From a virus: 64,000 bases of DNA. A program made the translations under genes and the position numbers. The DNA lies in the IMG/VR virus record IMGVR_UViG_3300036781_000303, positions 8,139 through 72,138 of that record; one strand, 5' to 3'. Shown piece after piece: positions 54,851-64,000 of this stretch (positions are counted from its first letter, which is position 1; each line of letters begins with the position of its first letter). The notes under the pieces are model-generated. The model did not search any database and was not told the origin of the DNA. It saw nothing but the letters and a program-made list of their open reading frames with translations.

Positions 54851-56287
54851 TCAGCGGCCTCCCTTGGCGACACTGTCCTTGCCGTCCTTGCCATCCTGAC
54901 CGCGCTTTACGATCAACTGCCAGTCTGTGTTGGTCCCTGGTTGTGCGTTGGTGTCCTTTTTGGCGAGCCACGCGCTACCGCCCCAGGTCACTGCGTCGCC
55001 AACTTCATACAAGGCATCTTTCTTGAAGATGCCGCGATGAATCGGGTGACTAAGCTTTAATGAAAACTCTTTCGATTGATCGCCGCGCACGAACATGAAT
55101 TTGATAGTGCGTTCGCCGTCGAAGTTGACACTGAGGTCATCGAAGCCCAGACCGTCTGCACCGTCCTTGCCATTGGCAGGCTGCACAAACTTATCAAGCG
55201 TGCGATGCAGGACGTCCATGGCACGACGTTCAAAGTCGAGTGCCCATTGGGCATGCATGCTGGCCAATTGGATAGCCACATCGTCGAGTGTGACGCTCGT
55301 GCCGTCCTTGCCATCTCTGCCTGGCTCGCCGTTGCGGCCGGCTGGCGCAGGGTTGGCGTCCATAAATTCTTTGGTGATCTGCCGCACAACCTCAGGGTCA
55401 GCGTCCTTACCGGGTGCCGGTGGGTGCTCGCTCAACCAGGCGCTCACAGCAGACGCCAATAGGGCTGGCTGCGCCGCCAGGGCCGCCGCGACCGTGTCGG
55501 CAGTAGGTGGTGGCGCATCAGCGCCGTCCTGGCCAGGCGCGCCGTCCTGACCGGCTGGTACCGGGTTATCGGCCATATGCCTGGCGATCGCGCCTGCCAA
55601 CATATCGGGGTCAGCCCGCAATGCCTCTAGAACGACGTCAGCGGTCGGCGCGGGGGCGTCTTGACCAGGTGCACCCGGTGCGCCGTCTTCGCCGCGCTGA
55701 CCGTCCTGGCCAGGGGCTGGCGGGTTCTCTTCGAAATAGTTTTGAACGTTCTCGACGAGTAGCTGTTTAAAGCCCTCGTGACCCATCAGAGCATCGCCTA
55801 TATCGACAGGGTCAGGCGATACGCCATCTTGACCTGGTGCACCGTCTTTGCCTGCCGCTGGCGGGTTGCTCGTGATGAACGTTTGTATGTGCTCGCCTAC
55901 CAGACTCTTGAAAGCAGCATCAGCCACAAGTATGTGGCTGACATCTTCGGGCGAAGGCGACGTGCCATCGACACCGTCGTTGCCTGGTGGGCCAGCAGGT
56001 ATAGGGTTAGCGTTGAGATGACTTGCTACCGCTGCCTGCAGCAAATCATTCGAGTTAGCCAGAACGACATGCAATTGCTCGTTGGTCGCATCGGCGCCGT
56101 CTTTGCCCGGTTCGCCATCTTTACCTGGCGCACCATCCTTGCCGTCTTGCGGCATAGGACGATCTTCAAGCGCCTTGACACGGTTGGCGAGTGTTGCAAT
56201 TTGTCCCATGACTTCATCGATCGCCTTGGCGATCAAGCCACGGACAATCGTGCCTATCTGCTTGCCAAATTCAGTGGGCGTCGTCAT
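54851..56287 (-). CDS. collagen-like repeat virion protein downstream of the portal
   Basis: Interrupted Gly-X-Y blocks (GKDG, GQDG); C-terminal HRGIF...Y..GDAVTWGGS.W...W.L.VKRG domain. Confidence 0.8.
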   Translation of the reverse strand: MTTPTEFGKQIGTIVRGLIAKAIDEVMGQIATLANRVKALEDRPMPQDGKDGAPGKDGEPGKDGADATNEQLHVVLANSNDLLQAAVASHLNANPIPAGPPGNDGVDGTSPSPEDVSHILVADAAFKSLVGEHIQTFITSNPPAAGKDGAPGQDGVSPDPVDIGDALMGHEGFKQLLVENVQNYFEENPPAPGQDGQRGEDGAPGAPGQDAPAPTADVVLEALRADPDMLAGAIARHMADNPVPAGQDGAPGQDGADAPPPTADTVAAALAAQPALLASAVSAWLSEHPPAPGKDADPEVVRQITKEFMDANPAPAGRNGEPGRDGKDGTSVTLDDVAIQLASMHAQWALDFERRAMDVLHRTLDKFVQPANGKDGADGLGFDDLSVNFDGERTIKFMFVRGDQSKEFSLKLSHPIHRGIFKKDALYEVGDAVTWGGSAWLAKKDTNAQPGTNTDWQLIVKRGQDGKDGKDSVAKGGR

Positions 56288-57692
56288 GGGTCAATTCCAA
56301 TAGCAAAGCTTCAAAAGCACGTTTATTCCAGTCGGCAATATCTTTTGCAGCCTGGTCGGTTTCAGGCGATGACGGTGCGGGCAGCGCAGGCGTCGTTTCA
56401 GTAGCTGGGTCAGGCACGCGCGTTGGTGTGGTGATCACAAAGGGGTTGTCGCTTGCATCGCGTTTGGCGAGCGCCTCAAGACTGTAGTTCTGCTGTTGCG
56501 CCATAGGCGCATCGCCACCAGGTACAGGCTTCAAGCCCAGTTTTTTGCGACCTTCATTAGGCGCGACCAGACTATTCTTGATGCCCTCACCTTGAACCTG
56601 CATCGTGCTGAGTGGGTCCATGCGCAGCAAGCCGTCAAGATCGAGCTCGATGCCGATGTCATCGCTTAGCGACAAGCCTTCGTCCATCGCAAGCTCGATG
56701 CTTTCGATATGAATCTGCAGACACGTGTTGTAGTAGTCCTGTTGCATAGCGCCGTAGTTGCTATAGGTCGGCGCGCTTCCCACACCGATCTTGTAAGCAG
56801 GCATATGAAAAGCGCTGCAGACTTTTTCGTCTGAATAACGAAGCTGATCGATCACTTGCGCGTCGACAGCTGTCATCACCATTTGCTCGAATTTCAGACC
56901 GTCGCCAAGAACAGCAACGTTGCCTACATTGTGGCCACTGAAATTCTTGCGCCAGTCCTCTCTAAGGCGCGTCGCCGTGTCGTTCGTGATGCTGCCCGGC
57001 GCCGTAAGAATGCCGCCAGGGATAGCGGCATTATCAAAAAAGCGTGTGTAGTTCTTTAGGATGTTCAACGCCTGAATCGCGGGTAGACCACACGCGAAGA
57101 TCGGCGAAAGACCCATAAGCGGGTGAAACAAACAGTTCCATCTGTCGTGAATGATTTCGCTCGCCGGCACTAGCACAGTCTGTGTACCGATGCCTGCCAG
57201 ATTGTCAGTCGACAGCTGATAGAAAACGCTACCGTCATCGGCAACCATAGGAAACACGCGCGTGGGATCGAGAATGTACTGCGCGACGACTACATTGCGG
57301 TTGTCGCGCTCTTTCAATACGTAGGTATTGCCGCGCGACAGCTTGCTTATCATCCATTGCTCTAAAAACTGGATGCGATTCTGAAACCGGTTAGGTTTGG
57401 TCAGTACAGGGGTGTATGCCGCATTGGCGTAAGGTTCCCAAAAACCCTGTGCATTGCGCTTGGTTAGCTTCCAATTTAGCTTTGCGATGTCTGACGCAAT
57501 GGTCGTAATGCAAGCGAATACACTGGTATTGGCCAACACGGTGTCGTGCTTAATTTCGATGTTGCGCTGCCAAGCGCCTGGGAAAGCTTCTCGAATGATG
57601 CCCCACCAGCTCGACCCAGGAACACCCTGCAGCGACTTTTCAGCCTTAGTCTTGATGACCTTGTTCGTAGACAGGCTAAGAGAAAATCGCAT
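56271..57692 (-). CDS. HK97-family portal protein
   Basis: VFACITTIASDIAKL, PNRFQ, GNTY, GLSPI and PNEGR motifs. Confidence 0.93.
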   Translation of the reverse strand: MRFSLSLSTNKVIKTKAEKSLQGVPGSSWWGIIREAFPGAWQRNIEIKHDTVLANTSVFACITTIASDIAKLNWKLTKRNAQGFWEPYANAAYTPVLTKPNRFQNRIQFLEQWMISKLSRGNTYVLKERDNRNVVVAQYILDPTRVFPMVADDGSVFYQLSTDNLAGIGTQTVLVPASEIIHDRWNCLFHPLMGLSPIFACGLPAIQALNILKNYTRFFDNAAIPGGILTAPGSITNDTATRLREDWRKNFSGHNVGNVAVLGDGLKFEQMVMTAVDAQVIDQLRYSDEKVCSAFHMPAYKIGVGSAPTYSNYGAMQQDYYNTCLQIHIESIELAMDEGLSLSDDIGIELDLDGLLRMDPLSTMQVQGEGIKNSLVAPNEGRKKLGLKPVPGGDAPMAQQQNYSLEALAKRDASDNPFVITTPTRVPDPATETTPALPAPSSPETDQAAKDIADWNKRAFEALLLELTHDDAH

Positions 57693-57710
57693 GATGTTGG
57701 CCTTTGCTGG

Positions 57711-58034
57711 TTATCTACGACGACCGTTGTTGCCTGATCCATTACCCGACCCGTGGTTGTTTCTGCTGTTCGATCGCGAACCAGGCGACGAGGTAGACAC
57801 AGGGAGCTTGTTGGCCTCGCCTGTGTGACTATCGACGACAGGCGTTTGCGGCGCTGGCGCTTGCACGGGTGCAACAGCAGCGGTTGCGACTGGTTTCGTT
57901 TCTACGCTTTTTGCTGCAGGGTCTTCGACAATCTCACCATGACCGAGTCGCTGCAGAATGTTGGCAAACGCGTAGTCCATGACGACGGTATTGCGCGCAT
58001 GCTGGCCCGTGGTATAGCGAAACGGAACTTTCAT
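57711..58034 (-). CDS. small head-associated protein with low-complexity tail
   Basis: AGGAG RBS; lies between capsid and portal genes. Confidence 0.7.
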   Translation of the reverse strand: MKVPFRYTTGQHARNTVVMDYAFANILQRLGHGEIVEDPAAKSVETKPVATAAVAPVQAPAPQTPVVDSHTGEANKLPVSTSSPGSRSNSRNNHGSGNGSGNNGRRR

Positions 58035-58045
58035 GATGACTCCTA

Positions 58046-58083
58046 TAGAAAAGCTGCGCAGCACAAAAATGCACTGCGCAGCT
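58046..58083 (-). terminator. intrinsic terminator after the capsid gene
   Basis: AGCTGCGCAG/CTGCGCAGCT stem followed by TTTC on the - strand. Confidence 0.75.
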
Positions 58084-58100
58084 CGATAGGGCGCTACGAA

Positions 58101-60455
58101 TTAGCCGCCCCAGTTGACGCCTTCAAGCAGAGCAACAGCCGACGTGCGGCGGCGTGCCCAGTTAAGGGTACGCTCGCAGCGGAAAGCGACGCTGTTGGTC
58201 TGGAACATGCTCACCAGCTGTGCCGGCGTTGGCGTGGTGCTGTTGGCGGTCGGCGCGCCGTCCATCTGCAACGACGCTTCGGTGGACATCGCCAGGTCGA
58301 AACCGCCGTCATCGCCGTAGTAGATATCGCTGGCGTTGATCAGTGCCACGATGTGGCCAGCCGACGTGGTAGGCACGTACTGGCTGGTAATCACAGGCAG
58401 ACCTTGGAAGATACCGCCGTTCATGGTGATACCGGGGAACTCGGGCTGACCCAGCGGGTTCAGCATCAGCGACAACGCCAGGGCAATCACGTTATCCATC
58501 AGCCACACACCCGACGTCGGTGCGTTGTTCGCAGCGATGAACTGCTGGAATAGACGCTTGATATCGGTACGCACGTTGTCGGCCGTGTTGCCCGAGCTCG
58601 TGATAGGCGCGACGCCGTTGGTGATCGATGCCGGCGAGATGCCTGCCGAAGCGGTCTTGTTCGGGTCGACAAAGTCGACGTCCATACGCTCTTGCAGGGC
58701 AGCCAGCAGCGCATCGCGCACCAACACATCGGCAGACGGCGAGCTGTCGCGAATGACTTCTTGCGTCAGCACAGCGATGTTGGCGACCTTCAACGGGTCC
58801 AGCGTGGTGCGGTTGAAGTCGAACTTCGTCAGCGGCTTGGACTGACCTTCACCGACCCAGAAGCCGGCACCGCCGCTGGTCTGGCCAATCAAGGCCACAC
58901 GGAATGGGACACGACGCAGGCCCGGAATACCGCCCTGGCCGAACTTGCCCAGAATGGTCAGAGGGCGCAGAAACTCGACGAAGTCGGCATACACGCTCGA
59001 CTCTTCGCCCACCAGTGCGCCAGCCCAGGTCGAGTTACTCGTGTTACCCGCTGCGACAGCCGCCTTGAGCACAGGAATAACGCGCTTATCGATCCGCTTA
59101 CCCGATTCGGCATGGCCGATGGCCATCTGCAGGGCTTCGTAGTGTGCGCCCTTGGCCAGACCCAGGAAGCGAACCACCTGTGCGAGTGCCAGACCGTCTT
59201 TGGTCTCGACTTCGGCACGCACGACAGCCGGCGTTGCGGCGAGCGGTGTACGTGCATTCGCGGCACCAGCGCTGCCACCTTCGGCACCTGGTACTTGCTG
59301 CAGCGTGGTGAGATTGGCCTTTTCCAGATTGGTCAAGCGCACCAAATGCTGGTCGATGGCCTTTACTTCGCCTTCGAGACCATCGTATTCGACTTGCTCT
59401 TCCGCATTCAGGGTCAGACCTTCCTTGCTGGCCTTTTCCATGATTTCGACCATGCGCGCAGCCTTCGCTTGGCGCGTTGCTTCGAAACTCTTGATTTGAT
59501 CTTTGATGTTCATTGCACTGCCCTCCGGGGGCTTCGGTGTGATTGTCGTCTTGGTGCCCGAAGCGCCGGGCGAGGGTGTGCTACGTACGACCACATTCGT
59601 TTTGCCTGACGCGGCGTGATAGCGGTCGAAAGCTTTGACGGTTTGAATCGTTGAACTGGCATTTGCAGGAATGGTCACAGCGGATAGTTCGAGCCATTCC
59701 CACACGTTGAATTTGTAACCCCACGTGCCGTCGATCTGCGCGGACTCGATAGGGTTGAACCCGATGGACAAGCCGCGCACCAGCTTGTTGCTGATCGCGT
59801 CCCAGGCGAAATCGACCATATCCTTGAGCTGGCCGGCAGCGGCGATCGCTGCAATTTTGCATGTGACCGCGATGCCCTTGGCGGTAACCGTTGCATCCGT
59901 AACCCAACCGATAGGCTGGCAGCTGTCGTGTTGCCACAATAGCGGGATAGGCAATTTGAACTTCGCGCCCTCAGGCACCACGATATCGCCCATGCGATCG
60001 GTTTCAGGCGTGGTAGCAATGCCTTCGAAGATACGATCGCCGTTGGGGTCGGTACTTACTGCCTTGATTTCGAAAACAGCGTAGGCCCGTTTCATGGGAC
60101 CGGCTGACTTGTTGGCGACCTTGGCATCGATGCTGTCGATCAACGCGCCTGCGGCGTCATAGATGCTCTGCAGGTCCTGTTGCCCCGCGCGCTGTCGGAT
60201 AGCCGTTAAAGCGCTGCGATAGACCTTGCCGCCTTTACCGAAAGGATAGCCGTAGCGATCTTTTGTCTGAGAATCCGCACTCGTATCTTCGCCAAGAAAC
60301 CACCTGGCATAGTTGGTCCAGTCATCGCCGGCATCGCCCAAGAGCGCATTGCCGTCGTCTGCAGTAAAGGACCAATCGGATGTCGCGTCGTACGCGCCCT
60401 GGGATATAAGACTGGCTGCGTGCGCGCGGCCAGTGGAATTCAATTGCATCGACAT
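58101..60455 (-). CDS. fused N-terminal domain, HK97 prohead protease and major capsid protein
   Basis: Protease motifs FEGIAT...DRMGD, LLWQHD, GLSIGF, ELSAVTIPAN; capsid motifs WVGEG..KP and SMFQTNSVAFRCER. Confidence 0.93.
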   Translation of the reverse strand: MSMQLNSTGRAHAASLISQGAYDATSDWSFTADDGNALLGDAGDDWTNYARWFLGEDTSADSQTKDRYGYPFGKGGKVYRSALTAIRQRAGQQDLQSIYDAAGALIDSIDAKVANKSAGPMKRAYAVFEIKAVSTDPNGDRIFEGIATTPETDRMGDIVVPEGAKFKLPIPLLWQHDSCQPIGWVTDATVTAKGIAVTCKIAAIAAAGQLKDMVDFAWDAISNKLVRGLSIGFNPIESAQIDGTWGYKFNVWEWLELSAVTIPANASSTIQTVKAFDRYHAASGKTNVVVRSTPSPGASGTKTTITPKPPEGSAMNIKDQIKSFEATRQAKAARMVEIMEKASKEGLTLNAEEQVEYDGLEGEVKAIDQHLVRLTNLEKANLTTLQQVPGAEGGSAGAANARTPLAATPAVVRAEVETKDGLALAQVVRFLGLAKGAHYEALQMAIGHAESGKRIDKRVIPVLKAAVAAGNTSNSTWAGALVGEESSVYADFVEFLRPLTILGKFGQGGIPGLRRVPFRVALIGQTSGGAGFWVGEGQSKPLTKFDFNRTTLDPLKVANIAVLTQEVIRDSSPSADVLVRDALLAALQERMDVDFVDPNKTASAGISPASITNGVAPITSSGNTADNVRTDIKRLFQQFIAANNAPTSGVWLMDNVIALALSLMLNPLGQPEFPGITMNGGIFQGLPVITSQYVPTTSAGHIVALINASDIYYGDDGGFDLAMSTEASLQMDGAPTANSTTPTPAQLVSMFQTNSVAFRCERTLNWARRRTSAVALLEGVNWGG

Positions 60456-60466
60456 GACGGTAACCC

Positions 60467-62287
60467 CTACAGAAAGATGGCCTGATACTGTTTGGGCGCG
60501 TCTCCGGGGGCGAGTGATATACCTACTGCCATGATTAACGCAACTGCGCCATCGATTTTGTTTTCGGGCTTTTCCTTCCTTGGATACACATTCTCTTTGA
60601 CGTCCGTGTGGCAAACCACGTTACTTATCATCCATGCAAGTATTGGATCGCCATTGTGATGTATCCGCCTCTGTAAAACTAAACCCTCCAACTCTTTCAT
60701 TGGAAGGCTCATGTTTTGAATAGTTTGACGATACTCAAACACCGGTAGCTTTGCAACTTCCAACCGTTGCATCAAATAGCTTGCTTGCCACGGGTCAAAA
60801 CCCGCGTGTGTGATCTTAAAAACCCCGGCGTCGCGCTTTACGTGCTCTTCAACGGTGGCGAAATCCGTTACCTCGCCTGGTGTCACGGTAAGCAGCGCTC
60901 TTTCCGCCCAACCGCCATATTGGCTGTTTCGGCCGTCTTCGATCGCGGCTTTAGGCAAATAGTAATCCGCAAAAACGTAGTAGTGATCGGTTGTCTCCAA
61001 TGCACCGCGACTGTTGTAAGCCGTCACCGAGCGTTTAAACAGCTTGACGATCGGTAGCATATCCGTCTTGGTGGCCAAGTCGCCCACCAGCACGCAGTCC
61101 TGTCCTTTGAAATTATCCAATGAAAGTTCTGTGTCTGCGCATTGATCCCAAGCAGCCATGGACATCCAAGGTGCATCCGCATTAACCCAGACGTTCAGAT
61201 GCTTGGTCAGAAAGTTGGCTAATGCGCTGGGTGTTTGCTGAGCCTTGTGCGCCTTGCGCGCTAAATCATCCGGTTCTACCGATATACCGTAATTAGGATT
61301 AGCTTTCTGCCATATCTCAGGTCGGAAGTAATCCTTCTTCTTGATATCTTCTTTATCTAAGGTATAGATAATTCCGAAATAGGTTTCGTCGTCGAATATT
61401 TGCTGCAGCAGTTTGGTGACGTAATTGCGCTGTTCGTAGCAAATGCCCGCGCGATTGCTACCCGCTGTGGTGATTGCCCACAAAAGTGATTGCTCACGTG
61501 CGCCTGTTGCTGTTTCTAAGACGTCCCAAATACCGCGATCTTTGTGGCCATGCAGTTCGTCGATCAGACCGCAATGCACGTTGAGACCGTCTAGATTGCC
61601 TTGGCGATCGCGCGACAATGGCTTAAACACACTGTTGTTATTGCGCTTGTAGATCGTATGCGCTGACGAGCCGACGCCAAGGTAACGTCGAAGATCAGGG
61701 CAATGCGTGACCATCTGCTGTGCATCATTCCAGATGATCTTGGCTTGTTCGCGAGTTGTGGCGGCCGAATAGACTTCTGCGCCTAGTTCGCCATCGGCCG
61801 CCAGGCAGAACAAACCCACTGGTGCTGTCATCGTTGACTTGCCGTTTTTACGCGGCACTTCGATGTAGACCGTGCGAAAGCGGCGCTTCTGGTATTTATC
61901 CAGCCAGCCAAAGATGGTCGTTATGATGAAGCATTGCCAGTCCGACAAGATCAGCATTTTGCCCGCGAACTTCGAACCTTTGACCTGCGGCATGGCTTCC
62001 ATGAAAGCCACCACCGCGTTTGCGTGGTCGATGTCGAAGTGCCATGGCCAATCAGGCTGCCCCTCGTGTGTCAGGTCGCGTGCCTGGCGCGCTACAGCCA
62101 GCTTGACCCATTCGCAGGCCAAGATACTGCCATCGGCCACCTTGGCCATGTAGCGCTGCGCACGCTCAACGCCAGACAGCGGTTCGTCCGGCGTGATCGG
62201 CGGCGGCTTTCTCGGCTTGCGGGGTTTCTTTTCAGCGACCCTTGTTGGCGAAGTGGCCGAACGGGTTGCCCGTTTTTTCGTCGTCAC
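60467..62287 (-). CDS. terL: terminase large subunit
   Basis: VPRKNGKS, IDELH, ITTAG, FDPW and KIDGAVA motifs. Confidence 0.96.
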   Translation of the reverse strand: MTTKKRATRSATSPTRVAEKKPRKPRKPPPITPDEPLSGVERAQRYMAKVADGSILACEWVKLAVARQARDLTHEGQPDWPWHFDIDHANAVVAFMEAMPQVKGSKFAGKMLILSDWQCFIITTIFGWLDKYQKRRFRTVYIEVPRKNGKSTMTAPVGLFCLAADGELGAEVYSAATTREQAKIIWNDAQQMVTHCPDLRRYLGVGSSAHTIYKRNNNSVFKPLSRDRQGNLDGLNVHCGLIDELHGHKDRGIWDVLETATGAREQSLLWAITTAGSNRAGICYEQRNYVTKLLQQIFDDETYFGIIYTLDKEDIKKKDYFRPEIWQKANPNYGISVEPDDLARKAHKAQQTPSALANFLTKHLNVWVNADAPWMSMAAWDQCADTELSLDNFKGQDCVLVGDLATKTDMLPIVKLFKRSVTAYNSRGALETTDHYYVFADYYLPKAAIEDGRNSQYGGWAERALLTVTPGEVTDFATVEEHVKRDAGVFKITHAGFDPWQASYLMQRLEVAKLPVFEYRQTIQNMSLPMKELEGLVLQRRIHHNGDPILAWMISNVVCHTDVKENVYPRKEKPENKIDGAVALIMAVGISLAPGDAPKQYQAIFL

Positions 62288-62708
62288 TGTCGTCGCCTGG
62301 GTCTACGGTCACACGGCTGCGACTGCTTGGCGTAAAGCCGAGCTGTTCGGCCGCTTTCAGCATCAACTGCGCTGAACGAACTTGGATAGCCACAAGGGGT
62401 GTCGCTACGACGCTGCCCATGATGGATTCGGTCAGCAGCGTGCTGCAGCGAAGCTCTTCGACAGCGCGTCGATGCAGCACGTATGCGCAAACCCAGGCCG
62501 ACAAAGCCGATTCATCGAGCGAGCGCAGCAAGCCGGCCGGTGCCTCTTTGATCGCATAATCCCAAACCCGCTTGTGCTCGCCATCGAACCAGCTGGGCGC
62601 ATCCTTCAAGGCGTTGCGGACCTGCGGTTCTTTCTTGTTCAACGGCCGATGACCGGGGTTCCCGGCTATGACCTTCAACATCGTAGGCTTGGGTTTCGCG
62701 CCTCTCAC
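62232..62708 (-). CDS. terS: terminase small subunit (P27 family)
   Basis: KPKPT.LK...GNPG.RPLN..EP and LGFTPSSRSR motifs. Confidence 0.92.
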   Translation of the reverse strand: MRGAKPKPTMLKVIAGNPGHRPLNKKEPQVRNALKDAPSWFDGEHKRVWDYAIKEAPAGLLRSLDESALSAWVCAYVLHRRAVEELRCSTLLTESIMGSVVATPLVAIQVRSAQLMLKAAEQLGFTPSSRSRVTVDPGDDSDDEKTGNPFGHFANKGR

Positions 62709-62929
62709 TGCACCTGGTCCTTTGCGATGGTATAGGGCTTAGGAGCCCTAACAGCTAATTCACAAAATGCCCCAGTTGGCTTGCGCTTGTCAAATTGCGC
62801 CATGTTGTCGAGCCAGGTAGGCGCGGCATCGACGCATGCCTCAACCGTTGGATAGATACCATGCGCCCAATGCACTTCGCACACCGGGTTGCTCACAGTG
62901 CAATAGACCAGCATCAAAAAGGCACGCAT
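62705..62929 (-). CDS. hypothetical protein
   Basis: GTGA overlap with terS. Confidence 0.55.
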   Translation of the reverse strand: MRAFLMLVYCTVSNPVCEVHWAHGIYPTVEACVDAAPTWLDNMAQFDKRKPTGAFCELAVRAPKPYTIAKDQVQ

Positions 62930-62931
62930 GA

Positions 62932-63525
62932 TCAGTGGTCCTCGCTGAGCGCTTCGGCGACTAATCGCTTGGCTTCGTCGTGATCGTCTTCTTGTAAAGC
63001 GATATTGACAGCCTGCAGTACGTTGATCGATCGCGATACCAGGTTGCGCAGATGCTTGATCTTGTCATCGTGTACGACATCGATCATGGCTTTAGCCACG
63101 TCCATAACATCAACGTGCGCCTGTTCAAAAGGTTCAACGATAACAGTCAAGCCGTCGACACTGACATGGACGATGCGCACCTGGGCCAACGGCTCTTTGC
63201 CCGATTTCCACATGTTGTACACATGGCGATTGACGGTTTGCCACAAGCCCCATTCGCTGTCAGGCGTCAATTTGGTGCGTCCTTCGTAGCGCATGCCCAT
63301 GGACTGAGCTTCTTGCCAAGCTGCCCAGGCGTCGCGTGCATATGACGACAGATATTGACTGTTCTTATCGAAGCCCCAGCCGACAGTGGTGCCCTGCTTG
63401 GCCAGCAGTGATGTATAGAACGCTTCCATACGCAAATGCTCAGCAGTCTTGGGTAGTGCGTCGCGATGGCTCATGTTTTGAATCTCTGCAACGGTGGGTA
63501 AGTTGGGTGTCGATTTAGTAGTCAT
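62932..63525 (-). CDS. hypothetical protein
   Basis: Packed ORF. Confidence 0.65.
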   Translation of the reverse strand: MTTKSTPNLPTVAEIQNMSHRDALPKTAEHLRMEAFYTSLLAKQGTTVGWGFDKNSQYLSSYARDAWAAWQEAQSMGMRYEGRTKLTPDSEWGLWQTVNRHVYNMWKSGKEPLAQVRIVHVSVDGLTVIVEPFEQAHVDVMDVAKAMIDVVHDDKIKHLRNLVSRSINVLQAVNIALQEDDHDEAKRLVAEALSEDH

Positions 63526-63531
63526 GGCTAG

Positions 63532-63936
63532 TTATGACGGTGCTCGGGCGCCGATGGCAAGCGTCGCTAATTCGCGGGTGACATATGCGCCGCTAAGGAC
63601 ACCTTCGAAATCGTAGAAATACCAAAATCCATTGTTCATGACAAAGGGAGTCATGAAGCCGGTCGTTTCGGCATCGTACAAACCAATACCTTCCGATATA
63701 GCTGGCACGGGTCGGTGAAGTATCTGGCACGTCGTGCCGTTCGCTAGCACAACTACCTGTGGCCCTGGCTTCTCCACTATCTCAAGCATGGCTGACCTCA
63801 TGCGTTGGATTTGTTCGATCGTCATTGCAGCTGGAACCGTCAGCACCAGAATGGCGTTCGGCCCGAAGTCCACTTCCACTTTCGTACCGTCCTGCACGGG
63901 TTCTTCCAACCCGGTGGTCGCGCTTTCATCCGACAT
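63532..63936 (-). CDS. hypothetical protein
   Basis: AGAGGA RBS before MSDESATT. Confidence 0.65.
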   Translation of the reverse strand: MSDESATTGLEEPVQDGTKVEVDFGPNAILVLTVPAAMTIEQIQRMRSAMLEIVEKPGPQVVVLANGTTCQILHRPVPAISEGIGLYDAETTGFMTPFVMNNGFWYFYDFEGVLSGAYVTRELATLAIGARAPS

Positions 63937-64000
63937 GTCTAATCCTCTTTGTAGTTTGGATAAAACCAAGAATCCAATAGTGCGATCCTATGTAAAAAAG

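Noticed and set aside
1-64000. Apparent abundance of TCGA/CGATCG palindromes and scarcity of GGA/TCC words
   Set aside because: Impression only. It cannot be supported without k-mer counts against a Markov background.

Overview
This window is most of the genome of a tailed dsDNA (siphovirus-type) bacteriophage, probably lytic because no integrase or repressor is visible. It has two convergent arms that meet at a bidirectional terminator near 34.56 kb. The + arm (1-34.5 kb) carries recombination and replication genes (Sak4-like ATPase, SSB, PD-(D/E)XK nuclease, SF2 and SF1 helicases, family A DNA polymerase, beta-clamp-like protein). It also carries a 7-deazaguanine DNA-modification set (queE, queC, queD, DpdA/TGT-like), several likely counter-defence genes (Acb2 homologue, NADAR, MazG-like, tRNA-Gln) and many small hypothetical genes. 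The - arm (64-34.6 kb) is the late operon: terminases, a fused protease-capsid gene, portal, a collagen-like protein, head-tail connectors, tail tube, frameshifted chaperones, tape measure, a GTA-like tail tip, a fibre and a lysis cassette. The most striking element is a translationally coupled cassette of about five glycosyltransferase-like genes plus a SAM methyltransferase inserted among the head-tail joining genes. A further glycosyltransferase sits between the tail tip and the fibre, and a recurring D-S-[S/H]-G motif appears in several virion proteins. Together these suggest a virion glycosylation system with a candidate sequon. All family calls come from motif recognition by eye, not from database searches.
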